Source: Clostridia bacterium
Lineage (GTDB): Bacteria > Bacillota > Clostridia > Oscillospirales > CAG-272
DNA length: 62,443 nt
NCBI GenBank assembly: GCA_017959065.1
Contig: JAGDBK010000068.1
Span: 1 to 62,443 of the forward strand
Direction of reading: 5' to 3'
In this document: positions 10,216-18,962 of the stretch, in pieces
How the letters are laid out: each line of letters starts with the position of its first letter
Numbering within the stretch: the stretch's first letter is position 1
Notes under the pieces: generated by a model
The model's input: only the letters and a program-made list of their open reading frames with translations
Databases searched by the model: none
What the model was told of the DNA's origin: nothing
Made by a program: the position numbers and the translations under genes

Positions 10216-11652
10216 TTATCCGAGCCTCGCTTTCATTTTCAGATAAGGACCGCCGTCCGCGACTTTTACCCATTCCTTGTGGCCTTTCCCGCACATTCCG
10301 TTGCCGAATACGCCGCGGTCTGCAGAAGCCATCGAGATCGAACCCAGCAGATCCGGAACGTACCCGGTCATAACGATGGGAGATACGACTTTTCCGGTAA
10401 GTTTTCCGTCCTTTATCTCGTATCCCCTTGAAACGATGCACTGAATGCCCCAGTGCTTGGGATCCTCCATCCCGCTCTCCGAACCCCTCAAAAGAAATCC
10501 GTCCTTTATTGAGCTTATCATTTCCTCAAGAGTACTGTCTCCCGAGTCAAACAATGTGTTTGTCATCCTTGTATATGCCTTGTGCGAATAGCTTTCACGT
10601 TTTCCGTTTCCCGTAGCGGAAGTTCCGAGCCTCAGTGCGCTGAGCGCATCGCAGATCCCGGCTCTAAGAATGCCCCTGTCGATCTCAGTGACGTCCCCCG
10701 CCAGAGTCCCTTCGTCATCGAAAGCATAGGCGGTAACGCTCTCCGCGCACTTTGCACCCTCGTGCATGGTCACAAGATCGCTCCCTACCCTTTTGCCTAT
10801 GTATTCCGCACCCAGAGCGCGTTCTTTTACGAACATATCCATTTCTACGCCGTGACCGAATGCCTCATGAGCGATCAGCCCCGCAACACCCGGATCGACA
10901 ACGATTTCGTATTCTCCAGGCACGATTTTTTCAGCAGACAGCAAGTCGTTCATAGTCTTGGGAAGCTGATCTAGAACTCCTGCCAGTCCGTCGAATATCT
11001 CCGGCCCTCCGCAGCCCGAAACGCCGTCGAAAGCGATTTTAATCTCTCCTTTTTCATCAGCTGAATAGGCAAAGCAATTGCTCTCGGTATAAACATAGCT
11101 CTGCTTGAGGCACCTGTTGCCTGATACGAACATTTTTGAAATGTGCGTTGACGATCCGTTCACTCCGCAGTCTATGCAGTGTTCAACGATCTTGCATCCT
11201 TTGTCCGACAGGGCCGAGAACTTTTCCACGATGCTTCCGATGTCCACTTCTTCCGGAAGAGACCCGGTCTCTTTTTCCACGAACAGGACCAGCGGGGCAT
11301 CTTCAAGGAGCGGAGTGATATACGGCTCTGTGCCGCAGGTCTTCAGCAGTTCAAGCTGTCTGTCAAGCTCTTTTGAAATGCTCTCGGCAGTTCTGCCGAT
11401 ATCAGCCGGGTCAAATTCGTTGAACGCATACTCGCTGTACAGTCCGTTTCTGCAGACTCTTACAACGTTTCCCCGTTCAGTCGTGATGTTCGAATTGGAT
11501 ACCATCTTGCTTCTTTGGGAAATGGATATCCTGAATCCGACAGAATCAGTCGATAGAATGCTTACATAATCGTATCTGTCTGAAAGTCTGTTTACGAGGT
11601 CAGTGACCGCCGGACAGATCGACTGAAGATATGAAGAAAAAGGCGCTTTCAT
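10216..11652 (-). CDS. tldD: TldD-family metalloprotease
   Basis: HEAFGH zinc motif, FDDEG, TGNGKRESY, RMTNT, CGK. Start reassigned to ATG 11652 (GGAGG SD upstream). Confidence 0.92.
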   Translation of the reverse strand: MKAPFSSYLQSICPAVTDLVNRLSDRYDYVSILSTDSVGFRISISQRSKMVSNSNITTERGNVVRVCRNGLYSEYAFNEFDPADIGRTAESISKELDRQLELLKTCGTEPYITPLLEDAPLVLFVEKETGSLPEEVDIGSIVEKFSALSDKGCKIVEHCIDCGVNGSSTHISKMFVSGNRCLKQSYVYTESNCFAYSADEKGEIKIAFDGVSGCGGPEIFDGLAGVLDQLPKTMNDLLSAEKIVPGEYEIVVDPGVAGLIAHEAFGHGVEMDMFVKERALGAEYIGKRVGSDLVTMHEGAKCAESVTAYAFDDEGTLAGDVTEIDRGILRAGICDALSALRLGTSATGNGKRESYSHKAYTRMTNTLFDSGDSTLEEMISSIKDGFLLRGSESGMEDPKHWGIQCIVSRGYEIKDGKLTGKVVSPIVMTGYVPDLLGSISMASADRGVFGNGMCGKGHKEWVKVADGGPYLKMKARLG

Positions 11653-11701
11653 ATTTCCTCCTGTCATTCGGGCGATTTTCTGTTGCTGTGCCTTCGATTG
11701 A

Positions 11702-11730
11702 ATTCTACCATTTTTTGCCTGAAAAGGCAA
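11702..11730 (-). promoter_or_regulatory. Sigma-A promoter of tldD
   Basis: Minus strand TTGCCT-17 nt-TAGAAT with extended TG. Confidence 0.6.
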
Positions 11731-11887
11731 CCTTGTTGACTTCCTCTCCCTGTTTTTGTTCGCTCGCGGACCCTGTTCCGCGCCGGTCCCGGCTTCAAAC
11801 ATTGGAGTTGTTTTCACGGCGTGCTTGTGATATACTATAAATTGAAGTAATATACTATCTTTTCGAAAAATAGATTGGAACCGAAAA

Positions 11888-12694
11888 ATGTATCTTATCC
11901 AGAAAAACGGCATCATCGTGGTCAAAGTCGGAACATCCACGATAACCCATCCTTCCGGAGCGCTCAATCTGCGCGTAATTGAAGACCTGTCAAGGGTCCT
12001 ATCCGACATAAAGAACAGCGGCAGAAAAGTCGTTCTCGTTTCATCCGGAGCGGTCTCCGCCGGGATATCCAGGCTGAGCCTCGACCACCGCCCGCGCACG
12101 CTTGAGGAAAAGCAGGCGCTGGCTGCTGTGGGACAGTCCGAGCTCATGAACATATACAGCAAGTTTTTTGCCGCGTACGGCCACTGTGTCGGGCAGGTGC
12201 TTATGACCCGCGATGTGGTGGATTTCGCGATGAGACGCTCATCAGCCGAGAATACTTTCTCTCAGCTCTTGGCGTTCAACTGCATCCCGATAGTCAACGA
12301 AAACGACTCCGTTTCATCAGAGGAGATACGTGAGGAAGCGAACTACGGAGCCAATGATACGCTTTCTGCATATGTAGCCATTCTGGCCGGCGCGGATCTT
12401 CTCGTAAACCTAAGCGATATCGACGGCCTTTATGACAGCGATCCCAAAGAGAACCCGAACGCCCGTCTTATCTCCAGAGTCGACAGGATAGACGACAGAA
12501 TAATGGCTTTGGCCGGAGGAGCGGGTACGGAACGGGGCACCGGCGGTATGCTGACAAAACTCCGGGCGGCGCGTCTCGCGACGAACGCCGGGATCCCGAT
12601 GTGCATAGTAAACGGCAGCAATCCCGCAGTGCTCTACGATATCATTGACGGGAAAGAGCCCGGGACATTTTTCAGCGCAGTCAACCCAGAATAA
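11888..12694 (+). CDS. proB: Glutamate 5-kinase (no PUA domain)
   Basis: VVKVGTS, VSSGAV, PIVNEND, GTGGMLTK. Confidence 0.97.
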   Translation: MYLIQKNGIIVVKVGTSTITHPSGALNLRVIEDLSRVLSDIKNSGRKVVLVSSGAVSAGISRLSLDHRPRTLEEKQALAAVGQSELMNIYSKFFAAYGHCVGQVLMTRDVVDFAMRRSSAENTFSQLLAFNCIPIVNENDSVSSEEIREEANYGANDTLSAYVAILAGADLLVNLSDIDGLYDSDPKENPNARLISRVDRIDDRIMALAGGAGTERGTGGMLTKLRAARLATNAGIPMCIVNGSNPAVLYDIIDGKEPGTFFSAVNPE

Positions 12695-12765
12695 GTACAT
12701 ATTCCGTCACGGGCAAGAGCCGGAGAATCAGCTCCTCCCGCGCGGTCTTCAATACGGAGGGCCAC

Positions 12766-14043
12766 ATGAACCATTCAGAAGAAAAGCTGCCGGAACTGTA
12801 TGAAACAGTTCGGATCATCTGCGAAAATGCGAAGAAGGCGTCTGTTTCGCTGAGAACCCTTACAGGAGAACAGATCAATTCCGTGCTCAAAGACATTGCT
12901 TCATCTCTGAGAGAAAACACAGATAAGATCCTTGAAGAAAACGGAAGAGATATGTCGCTGGCCGAGGAGAACGGGATCCCCGCGCCGATGCTGGACAGGC
13001 TGTCGCTCTCAGAAAAGCGCATCTCCGGCATCGCTTCTTCGATCGAGGAGATCGTCAATCTGCCTTCGCCCCTCGGAGCCGGCGAATGCCAGGTCAGGCC
13101 CAACGGCCTTCTGATCAGGCACACGCGTGTCCCGCTCGGCGTTGTGGCTATGATCTACGAAGCCCGCCCGAACGTCACGGCGGATGCCGCTTCGCTTTGC
13201 CTCAAAACGGGAAATTCCGTTGTGCTCAAATGCGGAAAAGAGGCCCTGTTCTCTTCCAGAGCGATCGTTAAAATCTTCCGGGACGTCATCCGGGATCACG
13301 GATTCGACCCGAATGCGGTATCGCTGATAGAGTCAAGAGAAAGGCAGGCGGCCTCAGCGCTTATGGAAATGCGGGATTATGTCAGTGTTCTCATTCCCCG
13401 CGGCGGTAAAGGCCTCATCAAGAGCGTAAAAGAGAACTCAAAAGTTCCCGTCATTGAGACCGGGGCCGGGAACTGCCATCTGTACGTCGACGCCTCCGCA
13501 GATCTCGATATGGCCCTGAATGTTGCGGTCAACGCCAAGCTGTCGCGTCCCGCGGTATGCAATTCCATAGAGACTCTGCTTGTACACCGGGATGTAGCCG
13601 AGGCATTTCTTCCCGCTTTTGCCGAAAAGACAGCTCCGTCCGGACTTCAAATACTCGGCTGCGAAAAAGTCCTCGGTATTCTTAAAGAAGCATCCCCCGC
13701 GACAGAAGAGGATTTTGCGACCGAATTCGATGATCTCATCATTTCGGTCAAAGTCGTTAACGACCTGGATGAGGCGATCGAGCACATAAGAAAATACTCG
13801 ACAGGGCACAGCGAGGCAATAATCACGAACAGCATTGAATCCGCGGACAGATTCACGTCCTCCATTGACTCCGCCGCGCTTTATGTCAACGCTTCCACCA
13901 GATTCACCGACGGAGGGGAATTCGGTCTGGGCGCTGAAATAGGGATCTCCACCCAGAAACTGCATGTGCGCGGCCCGATGGGGCTGTCCGCTCTGACGAC
14001 GGACAAATACATCATTGAAGGAAAAGGTCAGATCAGATGCTGA
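12766..14043 (+). CDS. proA: Gamma-glutamyl phosphate reductase
   Basis: VPLGVV.MIYEARPNVT, NASTRFTDGGEFGLGAEIGISTQKLH.RGP. Confidence 0.98.
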   Translation: MNHSEEKLPELYETVRIICENAKKASVSLRTLTGEQINSVLKDIASSLRENTDKILEENGRDMSLAEENGIPAPMLDRLSLSEKRISGIASSIEEIVNLPSPLGAGECQVRPNGLLIRHTRVPLGVVAMIYEARPNVTADAASLCLKTGNSVVLKCGKEALFSSRAIVKIFRDVIRDHGFDPNAVSLIESRERQAASALMEMRDYVSVLIPRGGKGLIKSVKENSKVPVIETGAGNCHLYVDASADLDMALNVAVNAKLSRPAVCNSIETLLVHRDVAEAFLPAFAEKTAPSGLQILGCEKVLGILKEASPATEEDFATEFDDLIISVKVVNDLDEAIEHIRKYSTGHSEAIITNSIESADRFTSSIDSAALYVNASTRFTDGGEFGLGAEIGISTQKLHVRGPMGLSALTTDKYIIEGKGQIRC

Positions 14044-15224
14044 TGAACAATAATGAAGTAATTCTGCTGAAATACGGAGAGATCGTCCTTAAAGGCGCAA
14101 ACCGTCATTCTTTTGAAACCGTGATGATCAGGGAACTTCGCAGAAAAGCCGAGAAATGCGGTTCTTTCGACATCAGCTACAATCAAAGCACAGTATTCAT
14201 AAGACCTTTGCCCGGCACGACCGAAGAACAGTTCAACTCGATGTACGAAGCCGCGGGACGAACGTTCGGATTCAACGCTTTCTGCCGCGCAGCCGTTTTT
14301 GAAAAGAGCGTGGAAGGTCTCAGGCACGGGATAAGGGAATACATAGTTCCGAAACTGGCAGGGAAGGGCTCTTTCAAGTGTGAATCCAAAAGGGCCGACA
14401 AATCGTTTCCGCTCGGCTCCCCAGAGATAAGCGCCGAAGCGGGGGGACTGATACTGTCCGAGCTTGACCGGATTCGTGTCGACGTTCATTCCCCCGATGC
14501 AGTCGTAGACATTGAAGTGAGGGGAGACGGGATATATCTCCACATCGGTCAGGAAAAAGGTGCGGGAGGGATCCCCGTCGGGACCGGCGGAAGGGGACTG
14601 TCTCTTCTTTCCGGCGGGATCGACAGCCCCGTAGCAAGTTTTATGATGGCCAAGCGGGGGATGAAGATAGAATACATCCATTTCGACAGTTTCCCGTACA
14701 CGAGCGAACAGGCTCTAGATAAGGTCGTAACGCTTGCGAGGATACTGACCGACTACACAGGTCCGGTATTCCTTCATGCTGTATCTCTTACCGAGATCCA
14801 GGAATCTCTCCGCGCATCGTGCAATGAAGAGTATTTTACGCTCCTTCTGAGACGTTTTATGATGACGATATCAGAGCGGATCGCCAGAAACTTCCACTGC
14901 AGCGCTCTTATAACGGGCGAGAGCCTCGGACAGGTTGCCAGCCAGACGCTCGAGGCGATAAACGTTACCGATTCGGCCGCATCCTTGCCCGTCTTTCGTC
15001 CCTGCATCGGACTGGACAAGGAGGAAATCGTCAGGACTGCGAGAAAGATCGGCACTTTCGATACATCGATACTGCCTTACGAAGACTGCTGCACCGTTTT
15101 CACTCCGCGCCACCCCAAAACCAGACCGAGTCTTGAAAAAGTGCTGGCCGAACAGGCAAAGGTCGATTTTCCAGGCCTGTGTGAAAAAGCCATGGTGACC
15201 GTTCGGGATTTCGGACTGAAATGA
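14037..15224 (+). CDS. thiI: tRNA 4-thiouridine synthase ThiI (short form, no rhodanese domain)
   Basis: KYGEIVLKG.NR, THUMP domain, PP-loop SGGIDS, GESLGQVASQT, PYEDCC. Confidence 0.96.
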   Translation: MLMNNNEVILLKYGEIVLKGANRHSFETVMIRELRRKAEKCGSFDISYNQSTVFIRPLPGTTEEQFNSMYEAAGRTFGFNAFCRAAVFEKSVEGLRHGIREYIVPKLAGKGSFKCESKRADKSFPLGSPEISAEAGGLILSELDRIRVDVHSPDAVVDIEVRGDGIYLHIGQEKGAGGIPVGTGGRGLSLLSGGIDSPVASFMMAKRGMKIEYIHFDSFPYTSEQALDKVVTLARILTDYTGPVFLHAVSLTEIQESLRASCNEEYFTLLLRRFMMTISERIARNFHCSALITGESLGQVASQTLEAINVTDSAASLPVFRPCIGLDKEEIVRTARKIGTFDTSILPYEDCCTVFTPRHPKTRPSLEKVLAEQAKVDFPGLCEKAMVTVRDFGLK

Positions 15225-15239
15225 AAGGCTCCATAAAAC

Positions 15240-15680
15240 ATGGAAGTAAAGATCAAACTTCTCAACAGATTCGCAAAACTCCCGGAATACAAAACTGACG
15301 GTTCCGCTGCTATGGATCTGTCATACGCTTCGGAAACCCCGCTTACTGTCTGTCCCGGAGAAAGGATTCTTGTACCCACCGGAATAGCGATCTCTATCCC
15401 CTCTTCCGGCTATGCGGCGCTTGTCTGCGCCAGAAGCGGCCTCTCGTCAAAATACGGGATCACCCTATCCAACGGCATCGGTGTTATCGATTCCGATTAC
15501 CGAGGCGAGATCAAGGTCGCCGTGATCAATCTGGGAAGCAGCGACTATACCATCGAGCCCGGGGAAAGGATTGCTCAGCTCATGTTTGTTCCTGTCGAAC
15601 GCGCCGCGATATCCGTCACTGATTCCCTTGACGAGACACAAAGGGGAGCGGGTGGCTTCGGTTCGACAGGGAAGGACTGA
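15240..15680 (+). CDS. dut: dUTP diphosphatase
   Basis: ARSGL, GVIDSDYRGE, RIAQ, RGAGGFGSTG. Confidence 0.98.
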   Translation: MEVKIKLLNRFAKLPEYKTDGSAAMDLSYASETPLTVCPGERILVPTGIAISIPSSGYAALVCARSGLSSKYGITLSNGIGVIDSDYRGEIKVAVINLGSSDYTIEPGERIAQLMFVPVERAAISVTDSLDETQRGAGGFGSTGKD

Positions 15681-15710
15681 ACTGTCTGAGTTCTATCAGG
15701 TTGCATTATT

Positions 15711-16331
15711 ATGGAAACACGCTTAATTCTGGCATCAGGCTCGCCGAGAAGGAAAGAGATACTGCGATCCCTCGGCCTGTCATTCGACATAATCACCGCT
15801 GAGGTCGACGAGGAGATCGACGCCGGTCTGAATCCCGGTGAAGCAGTATTGGTCCTGGCTGAAAGAAAATGCCTGGCAGTCGCGAAAAAGCTCGGATTTC
15901 CCGAGAACACGCTTATAATAGCCGCTGACACCCTTGTTTTCAAGGACGGGAAGCCTTTCGGGAAGCCGGGTACCGCAGAAAGAGCCGAGGAGATGCTTCG
16001 CGCGCTTTCCGGTTCCACGCACTCTGTCTTTACTGGTCTGTCCCTTTGTTGCGGCAATGTTTCCTCTTCAGGATTCACCCGGACCGATATCACTTTCAGG
16101 AATCTGTCCGATGACGAGATATCTCACTATATATCGACCGGGGAACCCCTGGATAAGGCCGGCGCTTACGGCATACAGGGCATGGGATCGGTATTCGTCT
16201 CATCCATCAGCGGGGATTATCATGCGACAGTAGGCCTGTCAGTATGTTCTCTGTTCACAATGTCAAAAAGTGTTTTCGGCATCGATCTTTCCCTGATGTC
16301 GTTCTCCGGAAACAAGCATACCAAAAAATGA
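15711..16331 (+). CDS. maf: Maf nucleotide pyrophosphatase
   Basis: LILASGSPRR, ADT, DKAGAYGIQG. Confidence 0.96.
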   Translation: METRLILASGSPRRKEILRSLGLSFDIITAEVDEEIDAGLNPGEAVLVLAERKCLAVAKKLGFPENTLIIAADTLVFKDGKPFGKPGTAERAEEMLRALSGSTHSVFTGLSLCCGNVSSSGFTRTDITFRNLSDDEISHYISTGEPLDKAGAYGIQGMGSVFVSSISGDYHATVGLSVCSLFTMSKSVFGIDLSLMSFSGNKHTKK

Positions 16332-16345
16332 CGGAGGTCTGAAAA

Positions 16346-17353
16346 TTGAGAAACTTCGGAATAGATCTCGGAACTTCAAACACATTGATTTACGAGAAAG
16401 GGCGCGGGATAGTGCTGCGCGAGCCTTCAGTCGTAGCCCGCGAGTCTCAGAGCGGAAAAGTCGTCGCTGTCGGCGGAGAGGCTCGTCTTATGCTGGGAAA
16501 AACGCCCGGGTCGATCACTGCATTCAAGCCGCTCCGAGACGGAGTCATAGCAGAATTCGACGTCACTGCGAAAATGCTTCACCGTTTTTTCAAAAAAGTA
16601 GCCGGCAACAGCTTCTTTTCAAGGCCCCGTGTGGTCGTATGCATACCTTTCGGCGTCACCGAAGTCGAAAAACGTGCCGTTGAAGATGCCACTCTGGAGG
16701 CCGGAGCCCAGTCTGTCGCGCTCATAGAGGAACCGATAGCCTCTGCCATCGGCGCCGGTCTTAACATCGCCTCTGCGAAAGGGAATATGATCGTAGACAT
16801 TGGCGGCGGTACCTCGGAAGTCGCCGTCATCAGTCTCGGCGGCATTGTTCTTTCAAATTCTCTCAGGACCGCCGGCGACAAGCTTGATGACGCCATAACC
16901 AATTTCATCAAGAGAAAATACAACGTGGTGATAGGCGACAACTCATCGGAAAACCTGAAAAAGACTATAGGTACGGTCTTTCCCGGGATCAACCCCGGCA
17001 CGATGGAAGTACGGGGAAGGAATCTGATGACTGGCCTCCCGGCCACGATTACCGTCGCATCCGACGAACTCATGGAAGCCATGGACGAAGAAATAACACA
17101 CATCGTCGAACGCATCTGCGTATCGCTGGAAAACACGCCCCCGGAACTGGCAGCGGATATCTACGATAACGGAATAATGCTTGCCGGAGGCGGTGCTCTT
17201 CTCGCTGGCCTTCCGAATCTGGTCTCTAAAGTCACCGGCGTCAAGACGCATGTCGCCAAAATGCCCCTTGACTGCGTAGCTTTGGGTATCGGCAAAGTCA
17301 TCGAATCTCCGGACAAGACGCTGGGTGACGGCGTATCGTACAGGACCAGGTGA
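16346..17353 (+). CDS. mreB: Rod shape-determining actin MreB
   Basis: GIDLGTSNT, EPSVVA, DIGGGT; TTG start with GGAGG SD. Confidence 0.97.
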   Translation: MRNFGIDLGTSNTLIYEKGRGIVLREPSVVARESQSGKVVAVGGEARLMLGKTPGSITAFKPLRDGVIAEFDVTAKMLHRFFKKVAGNSFFSRPRVVVCIPFGVTEVEKRAVEDATLEAGAQSVALIEEPIASAIGAGLNIASAKGNMIVDIGGGTSEVAVISLGGIVLSNSLRTAGDKLDDAITNFIKRKYNVVIGDNSSENLKKTIGTVFPGINPGTMEVRGRNLMTGLPATITVASDELMEAMDEEITHIVERICVSLENTPPELAADIYDNGIMLAGGGALLAGLPNLVSKVTGVKTHVAKMPLDCVALGIGKVIESPDKTLGDGVSYRTR

Positions 17354-17411
17354 CCTTTTCCGGGTTTGCCGGTGTCCTCCTTTACATTCGCTTTCTTAAC
17401 AGAGGTGAATC

Positions 17412-18251
17412 ATGCTTCGATTTTTTAAAAGCAAGTTTTTCATAATCGTACTGATCGTTTCCCTGATCCTCGTGATCGTTCCGTCCATATTATCGATAAT
17501 GGGTCTCTCCGATTACGTGAGAAACGCTCTCGGCGTTGTCGTCTCTCCGTTCGTGAAAGTATTTGACGCGGTCTCTGATTCCATACACGGATTTACGGAT
17601 TACTTTACGGAATTCGACAGGCTCCGAGAGGAAAACGAAGACCTGAAGTCAAGGATCTCGAAGATGGAAGACGAGATTTACAACGCCCGTCTGCTCAAGG
17701 CGGAAAACGAATGGCTTTACTCGTATCTCGGCCTGAGAAGGACCCATTCCGATTTTGTTCTTGAAGAGGCAAATGTAACCAGCCGCCAGGCCGTAAACTA
17801 CCTTACTTCCTTCACTCTGGACAAAGGCTCGATCAGCGGGATAGAGAAGAATATGCCGGTCATAACTTCCGAAGGCATCGTAGGGTACGTCTGCGAAGTC
17901 GGTGCCACTTGGTGCAAAGTCTCTACCATTATCGAGACATCTGTCTCAGTTGGAGCATATGTCGAGCGCTCGGGTGCCATAGGTGTCGTCGAGGGAGAGT
18001 TCTCTCTCAGAGACAAATGGAGATGCAGACTGAAATACATCGACACGGAAGCCGATATCGAGGAGGGCGACCGTATCCTGTCAAGCGGTCTCGGTGAGAT
18101 CTACCCGCGCGGGCTGCCCATAGGCACGGTCGAAAAGATCGAACTCGATCCCGCCGCACGTACGAAGACCGCGGTAATATGCCCCGCTGCGGATCCCGAT
18201 TCGCTTGACAAGGTAATGATAATCAAAGATCATGTTATGTCAGGCGAATAG
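17412..18251 (+). CDS. mreC: Rod shape-determining protein MreC
   Basis: N-terminal TM, coiled coil, LDKGS..GI, SSGLG.IYPRGLPIG. Confidence 0.95.
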   Translation: MLRFFKSKFFIIVLIVSLILVIVPSILSIMGLSDYVRNALGVVVSPFVKVFDAVSDSIHGFTDYFTEFDRLREENEDLKSRISKMEDEIYNARLLKAENEWLYSYLGLRRTHSDFVLEEANVTSRQAVNYLTSFTLDKGSISGIEKNMPVITSEGIVGYVCEVGATWCKVSTIIETSVSVGAYVERSGAIGVVEGEFSLRDKWRCRLKYIDTEADIEEGDRILSSGLGEIYPRGLPIGTVEKIELDPAARTKTAVICPAADPDSLDKVMIIKDHVMSGE

Positions 18252-18341
18252 AGCCTTCAATTCTTTTGTTTTCAACAGGCTTTCTCAGGCTTCGGCCTTT
18301 TGATTCCGAACCTGCTATTAACTTAGGGACGGTGCAGTTTT

Positions 18342-18884
18342 TTGAAATTCTTCCTGGACAATGACAAGCTCATCAAAGGTCTTTCCTACGGCGGCCTGTC
18401 ATTCTTTTTTGTGCTTCTGCAGATCACATTGATCCCCAGATATCCGATCTTCGGTGTCTGTCCCGACATTGTTCTGTCGTGCGTTCTTTCCATCGCGATG
18501 TATGAAGGCGCCAGATTCGGTGCAGTTTCGGGGATTGTTATCGGATTCGTGATCGACGCTGTCGGCTCTTACGGACTTTCTCTCAGCCCTCTTTTTTACA
18601 TGATCTTCGGCTATATAACAGGGCTCTGTTCCGACTATCTGTTTAAAAGAGGCTGGCTTTCGTTCTCTATGTCATCCGCAGTCGCATACTTTTTCCGGGG
18701 CTTTCTGACTCTGATAAACATTTCCGCTGCCTGGAAACAGTATTCCACGGGATATGTCTTCCTCCATATCCTGGCCCCGGAAGTCCTGTTCTCATTCCTG
18801 TTCTCATTCCCTGTTTTCTTCTTCTTCAGTCTGATCGCGCACAGATTCCACAAAAGTACCGATGTCGACCGTCCTGATATCTGA
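18342..18884 (+). CDS. mreD: Rod shape-determining protein MreD
   Basis: Polytopic membrane protein with LQ...P.FGV.PD motif, located after mreC. Confidence 0.9.
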   Translation: MKFFLDNDKLIKGLSYGGLSFFFVLLQITLIPRYPIFGVCPDIVLSCVLSIAMYEGARFGAVSGIVIGFVIDAVGSYGLSLSPLFYMIFGYITGLCSDYLFKRGWLSFSMSSAVAYFFRGFLTLINISAAWKQYSTGYVFLHILAPEVLFSFLFSFPVFFFFSLIAHRFHKSTDVDRPDI

Positions 18885-18962
18885 ACATGCGGCCGCGCAT
18901 TCACGCTGCATTTCCGGCATCCGCATGCCCGAGAGGACAAACCCGTTTTCGCTTGAGAGAAG

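Noticed and set aside
11653-12162. 170-aa N-terminal extension of TldD
   Set aside because: It overlaps proB and the tldD promoter; SD and ATG at 11652 give a normal-length TldD.
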